Shown in pieces: positions 53,904 to 64,000 of a stretch of 64,000 bases of DNA. Position 1 is the stretch's first letter. Every line of letters begins with the position of its first letter. The position numbers and the translations under genes are program-made. Source of the DNA: Blastocladiella emersonii ATCC 22665 (taxonomy: Eukaryota > Fungi > Blastocladiomycota); assembly GCA_025594325.1 (NCBI GenBank), contig JANHCV010000015.1:496001-560000 (forward strand). The letters run 5' to 3'. The notes under the pieces were generated by a model. That model had not been told where the DNA came from and made no database searches. It was given only the letters and a program-made list of their open reading frames with translations.

Positions 53904-56833
53904 ATGCTGCCCGCCGACGGCCCCCTGCTCGCGGACGACGTTGACGACCGGCTTCATCCGGCCGCCGCCGCCATGGACGCCTTCCCCTCGACCGCTCCAT
54001 CGCCACCACCGCTCGGCATGGACGCCAGCACCTCCGAGTGGGCGTCGCTTGCCGCCAACGCGCCGCTCCCGCCGTCGCCCGGCACCGCGCCCGCCGCCAC
54101 CACCGATCACAGCCACGGCAACGCGCACGATTTGGGCGTCGACGCCTTCTCGCTGGCCTCCGCGACCGACTCGGCCCTCGCGCCGACCGACGCCGCCGAC
54201 CGCCGCGCCGCGCGCATCGAGGCCGCGCGCCTCAAGCCGCGCACGCTGTCGGGCGCGAGCACGCTGACGCTGGCGTCCGTGTCCTCGGCGTCGCTCCCGC
54301 CGGGCGTCCTGCGTCCCCGCCCCGCGCCCGCATCCGTCGCCATCTCCACCGCGACCGTGCTCGACGTCCCGGCACCACCACCACCGCCCGCGGCGCCCGC
54401 GGGCCCACCGCTACACCTGCACCTGCGCGACGCGTGCATCCACGGCAACCTGGTCGCCGTGCGGTCGCTGATCGAGACCGCGGGGCAGACGGCAAACACG
54501 CTCGACGACGACGGGATCCCGCCGCTGCACTGGGCCGCGATCAACGGGCACGTTTCCGTCGCGCGGTATTTGGTCGACGAGTGCCGCGCGCCCGTCGACG
54601 TGCCCGCGGGGACACTCCACTCGACAGCCGTCTCGTGGGCCGCGCGCCAGGGCCACGCGGGCGTCGTGAGCCTGCTGCACGCGCGCGGCGCGGTGCTCGA
54701 CGCGCCCGACCGCGACGGCGCCACCCCGCTGCACCTCGCCGCGCAGGGCGGGTGGGCGTACCTGTGCGCGCTGCTCGTTGCGGGGCTGGGCGTGGATCCG
54801 AATGTGAACGACGCGACCGAGCATAAACGCCCGCCGCTGTTCTTTGCGGTTGTCGCCGCGAACGGGTACGACGCCGCGGTCGCGCTGCTTGCGGCCGGTG
54901 CGGACGCAAACGCCGTCGTGTCCGGGTTCCCGCTCGTCCACTGGGCCCTCCACCGCCGCGCGTTACGGATGGCCGAGCTGCTCCTCGCGCACGGCGCGGA
55001 TCCTGCGGCGACTGACCCGCAGCAGCGCGACGCGGCCACCGTCGCGCGCGACGTGCTCCAGCTCGACCGCCGGTGGATCGCCGAGGCGCTCGGCGGCGCA
55101 CTCGTCCCGCTGGGTAAATCCCGCTCGTCGTGGCGCCGCACGTGCTCGCTCGTCGGCCGCGGCGAGTGCGCCGAGTCGACGACCAACCGCGCCCTCGCCG
55201 TCCTCCCTCTCCTGCAAGCCGCGGGGTTCGCTCTTCTCACCGCGTGGCCGTGGTGGGCGAACCTAGTCGGCGGCCTCAGCATCGCCGTCGCGCTGCACCT
55301 CGCGACCGTGCACGTCTTCCTGCGCCGCGGCTCGCACACGCACAAGACGGGCGTCGACGACAGCGACGACGAGGACGACGATGACGCGCTCGACACGCTC
55401 GACGAGTCGGGGCACATGATCCGGCACCGCCGCCGCCGGCTCAACGCGCGCGCGAATATCGCGCACAGCCCGTACCTCGCGGCGCTCATGGCGTGGGCGT
55501 TGGGGTTCGGGCTCGTCGTGTGGGGCGTCCGCCTCGCGCCCGTGGCCGAGTCGGGCGCCGGGAACGTCGTGTTTGTTGCCGCGTGGTGTGCGACCGCGGT
55601 GTGTCTCGCGCGCGCCGTGCTCGGGGATCCAGGGTTTCTGCCCGTGCGCGGGAGACGGCCCATCTGGCCGCCGCCGCTCGCGGCAAAGCGGCAGCGCGCA
55701 AGAGAGATTGAGTCGAATGGAGGTGGTGGGGATCACGCGCACATCTCGCTGCTGATGCCGGCCGAGGACGAGCTGGCGGTCGCGGAGCTGGGGGAAAATC
55801 AGGTTGCGGTGCCGCTCGACGGGCGCGGGCTCGTCGAACTCGCAGACCGCGGGATGCTCGACGAGGCGCACTTTTGTCTCACCTGCATGGTACGCCCGTT
55901 CCGAGCACGAACAGCCGCTACAACGACTAACACGCGCGCGCGAGTGTTTAGGCGCGGCGCCCGCTGCGGTCCAAGCACTGCAAGCAGTGCGACCGGTGCG
56001 TGGTGCGCTTCGACCACCACTGTCCCTGGACCTGGAACTGCATCGGCGCGGGGAACCACCGCGCGTTCATCGGCCTCCTCGTCGGCGTCATCTTCCTCGC
56101 GCTGTGGTTCATCCACGCGTGGGTCACGTCAGGCGACGCGCTCGCCGCCTCCCTCCCGGCCACGGAATCCAACCTCGTCCGCGCGCAGTGCTACGGCCTG
56201 TCCCTGTGCATGGCATGGACGCTCGCGCCGGTCGCCGGCTGGCTCGCGGTGCTCGGGTGCATCCAGGCGACGTGGGTGTCGCTCCTCCTCGCGCAGCAGC
56301 TGTACCACGCCGCGTCGAATGCGACCACCAACGAGTGGCTTAACTGGTTCAAGTACGACCACACGTCCGTGCCCCGCGCTGCTGCCGCGGCCCCGGTGGC
56401 GGCAGGCGCGCCGGCGTACCGCAGCGCGCGCAACCGCGAGTGGCGGCCCGTCCTCGACCGCGGCACGCTCCTCAACTGCGCCGAGTTCTGGACCGCCGGA
56501 GCCGACACGTACGCGGCGTACTTTGACCCCGAAGCGCACCCGCGCATGAGCCGGTCCGACCGCGCGCGCGCACGGGACGAGGTCACCACGGCGGCGGCGG
56601 CGTCCCCGCGGCTCGCGCCGACAACACCTCCGTCGACGTCGACGTCGTGGCCCGGCCGCCTCATCCACTGGCTCCGCTCCGGTGCGGGTGCGAGCAGCTC
56701 AGCGCTCGCGGCGGGCGCCGGCGGGGGGCACCGGTACCACGCGGTTGGCGGGAGCGATCCCGCGGTCGCGGCAAGTGCGAGGGATGAGGGCGGCGGGATC
56801 CCGATGCCCGTCACGGTGCAGCAGCAGCACTAG
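53904..56833 (+). CDS. AKR1: Ankyrin-repeat DHHC palmitoyltransferase (2 exons)
   Basis: Ankyrin repeats ([20 protein letters not shown]), TM helices, [26 protein letters not shown]; intron 55890-55951. Confidence 0.9.
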
Positions 56834-57387
56834 GCGCGGGGCGAGACGGGGAGTAGACGCTGGCATACCATTGACATACACATTCACACATTTGAAGGCT
56901 GCTCGGTCGGGTTGGGCGCGGGGAGGAAGAGGGCGGAAGCAAGTCGCGTCGCGTCGACGCGACGAACAAACACGTGGCAAGGTTGAGACATCTCTCTTCC
57001 CCCGATGTCTCGCGTTCTCCTATGCGGGGCTCGATGGACGTGATAAACGTGAATTCAGCCGGCGCCGACCATCGTTGTGCACGCCGCGGGACATCGCCGC
57101 CATCTCCGTGCGGTCGCCGCCGCCGCCGTCGACTCGGCATGCGAGCCGCCCGCCCCGGTGCGATCCGCGCCGACGCGTCGGGCCTACGCACGTCGCCACG
57201 ATGTTGCTTGTGGTGATGGGCGACAGCAGCAGGTGGAGTCAGGGACGCCGGCTGGCGCCCGAGATCAGATTGCGGCGGCGCCTCCTCGCTCTCCCCTCTC
57301 CTCGGCCGTCGCCGACTTACAAATGCAGCCTCGCCCCCGCGCCCAGCCCACTGCCCGCACTGCGTGCATGAAGCTCTTTGACCCGCC

Positions 57388-59148
57388 ATGGATGTGAAAT
57401 CTGCAACGATTGGCGCGACTTCGCCACCCACCGAACCGGACATGGGCCGCAACGCCAACAACAACTACCAGTCCATCTCCAGCAGCTCCGACCCTGCAGC
57501 TGCCGCCGCCGCGAATGCATCACCATCGGCCGCGACCCGCACCGCGGCGGCCGCACCGGAGCCGCCGCGCCGCCTGCTCGGCGTGCTGTACCTGCACCCG
57601 TCCTTCTCGCCGGCCAACTTCGCCGTGTTCCTGGTCGCCACGCTGCTGACCGTGTGCATGTTCGTGTTCCTGAGCTCGGGCACGACCTTTGTCCTCTCCG
57701 AGATTCTCGGGCTGCAGTCGGGCGAGGGCGACGCGGCGGGCGGGCTGGCCTTCTACGACGAGATCCTGTCCATGGCCATGGTGCTGCTGTGGGGCTCGGT
57801 CTCGGACCTGGTCGGCCGCCGCGCGGTCTACGCGGTCGGGTTCGCGACCATGGGCGCCGGCCTCATCGTCTACCCGCTCGCGACCAACCTGTACCCGCAG
57901 CTCCTCCTCGCGCGCCTCCTGTTCGCCGTCGGCGCCGCCGCGTGCAGCTGCATGCTGACGGCCGTGCTCGCGGATTGCGCGGGGAAGCTGCGGGGCCGGA
58001 TCTCGGGGCTCGTCGGGCTCATGTCCGGGCTCGGCGCCCTCGTCGGCGTGTTCGTCCTCCTCCCGCTCCCGACGTCGTTCGAGAAGAAGGGCACCCCGCT
58101 CGGCCGCGGCGTCCAGTACACGTTCGCGATCGCGGGTGGCGTCTCGATCGTGTTCGGCGGCATCTTCTATCTCCTCGCATCCAAGCATTTCGGCGCGCGG
58201 ACCACCGAGGCCGACGCGACCGCCGCCGAGGAAGAGCGTACCCCGCTCCTGTCCCGCCTCGCCGCGCAGATCAAGCACGGCGCCGTCGCCGCCAAGGACC
58301 TGCGCATCATGGCCGCGTACGCGGCGGGGTTCGCGGCGCGTGGGAACACGGTCATCATCACCACCTTCATCCCGCTGTGGATCAACAAGTACTACATCGA
58401 GAACGGGCTGTGCCAGATCTCCGGGCTCGACCCCAACAACGAGACGGCCATTAAGGCGTCGTGCCGCATCGCCTTCACCCGGTCGAGTATTATTGGCGGT
58501 GTCACGCAGACGTTTGCGCTGGTACGACGTGCGGCGGGTCAGTTGCCGGCGCGGAGACTAACACGTGCGCGACTCGCCCGACGAGTGTAGATTGGCGCGC
58601 CGCTGTGGGGCATCCTCATGGACAAGCTCGGGTCGACGGACGGCAACGACGAGGACGTGGCGCTGCCCGACTCGCCCGAGTCCGGGTCCAGCACCACGCC
58701 CGTGCAACGTCGCGCGTCCGTCCCCGCGGACGCCGGTTGGCTCGCACAGGCGCGCGCGGGCCGGTTCGCGACGCTCCCGCTGCTGCTAACGTGCGTGATC
58801 GCGTTCGTCGGGTACCTGTTGCTCTTCTTCGTGCGCGACCCGACGACCGGCGCCATCTTCCCCGTCACCTTCCTCGTCGGGTTCGGCGAGATCGGGACCG
58901 TGATCACGTCAGTCGCCATGGTCGCGGCCGGGTACATTGACCCCAAGATCCGCGGCAGTGTCGCGGGGGCGTACTCGCTGTGCGGCGGGCTCGGCATCAT
59001 GCTGTGCACGCGCATCGGTGGGCTGCTCTTCGACTCGTGGACGTTCACGGCACCGTTCCTCCTCATGGCGCTCGTCCATGGGTTCGTCGCGGTGTTGTCG
59101 CTCGCGGTCATTGTCAAGGACGCGGCGGCCGTCGCGCGCGGCGAGTGA
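57388..59148 (+). CDS. MFS transporter (2 exons)
   Basis: WGSVSDLVGRRAVY motif A; ~12 TM helices; intron 58522-58590. Confidence 0.85.
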
Positions 59149-59470
59149 GGGATCGATATCAATACACTGGGATTTCTTTCCAGTTTTCTTGTGTGTGTGC
59201 GTGCAATCGAGTGGGTTCATGTCTCCCGCGGCCCAAGTCTCTCGCATCCGGTCTCGCGTGTGCTTCCGCGCGGCGAGACGCGTTCGTCCTCGCGCGTCGC
59301 TCTCCCGCCCGCGGCCCGCGGGCGCACATTCCAATTGTAACCATCTCCGCGGACCGTCCGAGCTGTCCACATGCACTCCGCCGCTGCCGTCGTGAGCAGC
59401 TAGCCAGACCATGCAACGGAGCAAGCGAGCTCGCTACCATGGATCGAGAAACTCGCACGCGACGACGTCG

Positions 59471-62400
59471 ATGCTGGCCATCGCGCTTCTTCTCCTGACA
59501 ATGGCCATCGCCAACGCGGCAGCGGCCACCGCCAACGCGTCCATGATCACGATCCGGCTGGGCGCCATCTACCCGTACGGGACGACCGACGAGCTCGCGC
59601 GGTGGGAGTACCTGTCGACGCGTGACAGCCACGCGCTGGGGATCCGGCACGCGCTGGCCGACGGGTTCCTCCCCGGCGCGAACGTGACGGTCGAGGAGAT
59701 TGACACGACGGGGTCCGGCCGCAACGAGGACGGGTCCGCCGTGTTCGCCGCGCTCGAAGCGCTGAACCGCAACGTGTCCGGGATCCTGGGCGGCGGGACC
59801 TCGGACGCGTCCAAGCAGATCTGCCTCGTGACGCGCAGCTTCAACGTGCCGTCGTGCTCGTTCATCTCCGGGTCGAGCCAGCTGTCCGACAAGAACGACT
59901 ACCCGTGGTTCTTCCGCCCGCTCCCGACGTCGGCCGCAATCGCCCACTCAGTCGTCGAGTTCCTCATCAAGTATAACTGGATGCGTATCGCCATCGTGCG
60001 CGAGGGCGGGAACGCGTACGTCGACTCGCGTACGTTCGCCCCACTCGTCGTCGTACCCCCGCCCAATGCCTGACTTTGCTCGTATGTAGTCGCGGCCGAA
60101 GTGCAACGGTTCGGCGAGCTCCGCAACGTGACGTTCCTGAGCAACTCGCTGCTGTACGACGCGGCGCAGGAAGACGCCCTGGCGCGGCTATACACGCAGC
60201 TCGTCGCATCCGACACGCGCGTGCTCGCCCTCATCGCGCACACGGACCTGGCCGCGTACGTGCTGCTGTACCTGCACCGGCGCGGCTTTTTCACGGCGGT
60301 CCCGCGCGGCCTGCCGCGCACCGTGCTGTTCATCAACTCGTTCTACAGCTCGGTCGTGGCCATGGACCCCGCGGCCGCCGCCGAGATTCTCGACGCGGGC
60401 GCGGTCGTGCGCCCGAACCTGTACACGCCGAACCGCGCGGCGATTTTCGCGGCGTTCAAGGCGCAGTACGAACGGGATAGCGGGAAGTCGTACCCGTACC
60501 CGGACGTCGAGAATTTCGGGGAAGGGTACGCGTGCGCGTACGCCATGGTCGCGGGCATGCACCGGCTGCTCGCCGCGCGGAACGGGACGCTCGAGGAGCT
60601 CGCAAGCCGCGACCCGAAGGTGTACGCCGGCATGGCGATCAAGTACTTTAACGTCTCGCACGACATGGTGCCGACGCCAAGGCTCGAGTTTCTCCTCGAC
60701 GACGTGGTACGCTTTCGCACTGCTACTTTCTCGCCGCTGCCACCCGCTAACCCAAAAAAACGTGTCTAGGGCGACGGCGTCCCCGAGTTCCTGACCCTGT
60801 CGCAGCTGCGATACAACAGGACGGCGAGCGGGTCGCTCGAGGTCAACGAGGTGTTCGTCGACACGATCCCGTCGCCGCCGCCCGCGTCCGCCGACCTCAA
60901 CATGCAGACGGTCGCGTTCCCGGGCCTGCGCGTCGGCGCAATCCCGCCAGACGCGACGCCCAAGACCCCGCTCAACGTCAAGTGGCAGTCGACCGCGGGC
61001 ATCAGTCTGGGCGTGCTCGGGTGCGCGCTGTTCCTCGCGACGCTCGCCTCGCTCGTCGCCACCATCTACTTCCGCAACCACCCGACCGTGAAACGCTCTT
61101 CGCTCTTCCTCCTGATCGTCCTGCACCTCGCCCAGACCGTCGCCATCGTCGCCGCCCTCGCGTACATCGGCGACCCGCACGAGTCGCACTGCGTGACCCG
61201 CACCATCGCGCTGTCGTGGAGCCCCGCGCTGCTCGCGACCGCGCTCGCGGTCCGCGCGCTCCTCGTGTACCGCGCGGTTGCCGCGAAGAAGCACGAAGCC
61301 ACGCAGCGCGCGCTGCGGCACACCCCCAAAAACGCGCGCGGCAAGTCGAGTTCGGGCACCGTCGCCGCGGCCGTCGGGTCGACCATCGCGAAAAGGTTCC
61401 GGTCGCAGTCCACCGTCGCCAGCACCCAGCTCGCGCGGCTCGGGTCGAAAGTCGGCGCGGCGATCCCGCGCGGCGCGTCACGTACGAGTGTGCAGTCGCG
61501 CTTCGACGCGCTCGTCGCCGCGCTCGACGGGTCCGAGCCGTGGCGCATGGCGCGCATGCTCGCGGGCCGCGCCGCGATCCCGCTCCTGGTGCACGCGGGG
61601 GCCAGCGTGTACTACCTCGCGGCGTGCAAGCCCGTGGTGCGCAGCGTCGTAGTAGACTTCCTCCTCGACCGCCAGTGCTCGTGCGCGAGCCCCGACGTGC
61701 TGTTCGGGGTCTACGTCGCCGAGGCGATCCCGCTCGCGATCGCGGTCGCGATCTGCGTCTACTGCACGTGGCACGCGCGGCATGTCCTGTTCAACGTGAG
61801 CGAGACGCGTACGTCGTGGTTCGCGGGTCCCCTCCATAACGGCTAACATCGGTTTCGCGTGTAGGCCGCTCGATGCTCGCCGTGAGCAACGCGACCGTGT
61901 TCGTGCTGCTGATCCTAGCTTTTTCGGTGAACAGCTCCGTGTCGCTCGTCTACGTCCTGTTCGTGCTCCTCATCCTGTTCGGCGGCACCTCGACACTCGC
62001 CATCTACATGGGTCCGCTGTACCTGCGCATCTACCAGTCGCGCGCCGCCGCCGCCGCCGCCGCGGGCGGCGGGAACACGGGACACATCCGGCGCGCCGCG
62101 TCCGATGACCTCCTGACGCGGCTGCCCGCGCAAGCCGAGGCGGCGGCGAAAGAGGGCGGCGACCGCATGGCTAACATCAGCAACATGCCGAGCGGCGTGA
62201 TCCAGGACACCAAGACGCTCTCGCACACCGGCGCGCCGCTCACGGGACCGCGGTCCGCGCTCACGGCGGTCCCCGAGTCGAGCGTACCCGACCACCGCGA
62301 CGCGGTCGCCGTTGTTCCGCTCCAGTCGTCCGCGTCAGAAGCCGCCGACGAGCCGGCAGCAGGGCGACTCGTGTCGGACTCGGCCTCGCGTGTCTTCTCC

Positions 62401-63190
62401 TCCACCACCGCGGCCGCGGCAATGGCGCAGCACGACCTCGGCGACACCGGCCGCGTCGTCACGTTCACGGTGCGTGTGCGTCGGCGTCTGCCCTTCGCGC
62501 CGCTCCCGCGCGCTGAGGCCGGGTGGCTCGACGCGGCGAACCAGTGGGTCCAGACGCGCGCGCCGAAATGGAGCGCGGGGCTCGGCGCGGCGCTCGACGC
62601 GTGGTTCAAGGTCGACCTGTGGTGTGTCGTCGCGGCGGCGACGCACGCGGGCGCGGGCGAGGACGACGAGGCGGTAGGGCCTGACGGCGTGATGCAGGTT
62701 CATGCGCACGGGATGAAATGGGTACGTGAGCTGGCGGTGTAGGATCGGACTGGCGGCTCACTCCCGCGCGATCTGGGTGTAGGAATGCTTCTCCCTCGGC
62801 GGCCCGCTGTCCGCGTTCGAGGTGTTCCCCGTCGACCCGAAGCTCGTGTCGCGGCGGACCACGAGCGGCTCTGGCAGCCACGGAGCTGCTCTCCCGCTCG
62901 CCACCGCCGAAGCCCCTAAGTACGCGACGCAGCGGCGATGCTCGCCCGCCGACCCCGAGCCGCCACCACCCGCACCCGCGCCAACGGACACGAGCCCGTA
63001 CCTTGTCCTGCACGGCAAGGCGTCGCGAACGTGGCTCACGGTCCAGTTCGCGTCGCCCGAACAGCGGAGGCAGTTTGAGGCCGTGTTCCCGCCGCCGAAG
63101 CGGAAGAAGAGCGAGGGCAGCGGCGGCGGCCAGGCTGTGCAGCAGCAGCAGCAGCAGCGACAACGGGCCGAGTTCGAGTCGTTTTTTTAA
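59471..63190 (+). CDS. Class C (GABA-B-like) GPCR: Venus-flytrap domain + 7TM + cytoplasmic tail, multi-exon
   Basis: Signal peptide; GILGGGTSDAS..SCSFISGSSQLSDKNDYPWFFR (ANF-receptor type); YFRNHPTVKRSS before TM2; several short introns (boundaries approximate). Confidence 0.78.
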
Positions 63191-63436
63191 GTGCCGGGGC
63201 GGGAATGTACACTTGGCTAGACGATACTTGCGTGTGAGAGGGTTCGCGCGTAAGGGAGGAGGAGAGAGACGCGTCGCGAAAACACGTGGGCCAGACGCGT
63301 GGAGACGGGTCCGAGTGCCCGCACGTGACGCGAAAAAGCAGACGGCTGCTCGTCGCGCTCGCGACTTCGCGGCCTTCCCCTAGCGTTGACCCTAGCGACA
63401 CGTATCTTGCAACGCATCGACTCTGTGCAACGAATC

Positions 63437-64000
63437 ATGTCAGACATGGACTATGAAATCACGCGGCCCGACGGCCGCACGAACGGGATGCTCCGCGAGA
63501 TGAACTGCAGTCGAGTATGCCGTTGCTCCCATTGCGAGTGATCCACCGCAACAATCGCTGATGCGAGAGACCTTCTAGGGTCTCCTGCACCGCGCCGACG
63601 GGTCCGCGCAGTTCTCCGCGCACAAGACGTCGGTGCTGTGCGGCGTGTACGGGCCGACCGAGGTCAAGCTGCGCGACGAGGAGCTCGACCGCGCCACGCT
63701 CGAGGTTGTCTTCAAGCAGAACATTGGCATGGCGGGCCCGCGCGAGCGCGCCATCGAGACCACCGTGCGCAGCACCCTCGAGCCCCTCATCAAGCTCAAC
63801 CTCCACCCGCGCACCCTCATCCAGGTCACGCTCCAGACGGTCCAGGGCGACGGCTCGGTACGCTGGGCCTGCTACTACGCGAGATCGGCTGAGCTCTGAC
63901 CGCTGCTTGTAGCTCCTCGCCGCGGCGTGCAACGCGGCATGTATCGCGCTAATGGACGCCGGCGTCCCGCTGCACTCTGCGTTCGCCGCCGTGTCGCTCG
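63437..64000 (+). CDS. RRP46: Exosome core subunit Rrp46 (RNase PH-like), truncated by window end
   Basis: RPDGR.., LHRADGSAQF..VLCGVYGP, HPRTLIQVTLQ..DGS, AACNAACIALMDAGVPL; two introns. Confidence 0.88.

Overview
GC-rich eukaryotic DNA from an early-diverging fungus. Short GT-AG introns with CTRAC branch points, fungal-type housekeeping genes, a class C GPCR and expanded ankyrin-like families suggest Blastocladiomycota (inference). Housekeeping genes (alpha-carbonic anhydrase, UCH37-like, Asn- and Tyr-tRNA synthetases, ABHD5/Cld1-like hydrolase, Akr1, MFS, class C GPCR, Rrp46) alternate with accessory islands: F-box-like and ankyrin-like orphans, a decaying DUF4470-like family, and four copies of a TATA-driven Gly/Asn/Trp-rich 'MTFG' protein. 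The main feature is an apparently intact 15,334-bp endogenous Polinton-like virus (PLV) at 30043-45376. It has ~843-bp near-identical terminal inverted repeats, TG...CA ends, a 5-bp GAAAT target-site duplication and a perfect 26-bp palindrome at each end. It encodes a TVpol-SF3 helicase fusion, a tyrosine recombinase, a Polinton-type rve integrase, a fibre-like protein, an A32 packaging ATPase, major and minor capsid proteins, an adenovirus pVI-like peptide and small ORFs. No pPolB or protease is recognisable. Nearly all its genes share an intergenic TTTGTTG..TAAA(C)-ATG motif. It sits inside an already decayed DUF4470-like pseudogene. All family assignments come from motifs read by eye; no database searches were run.
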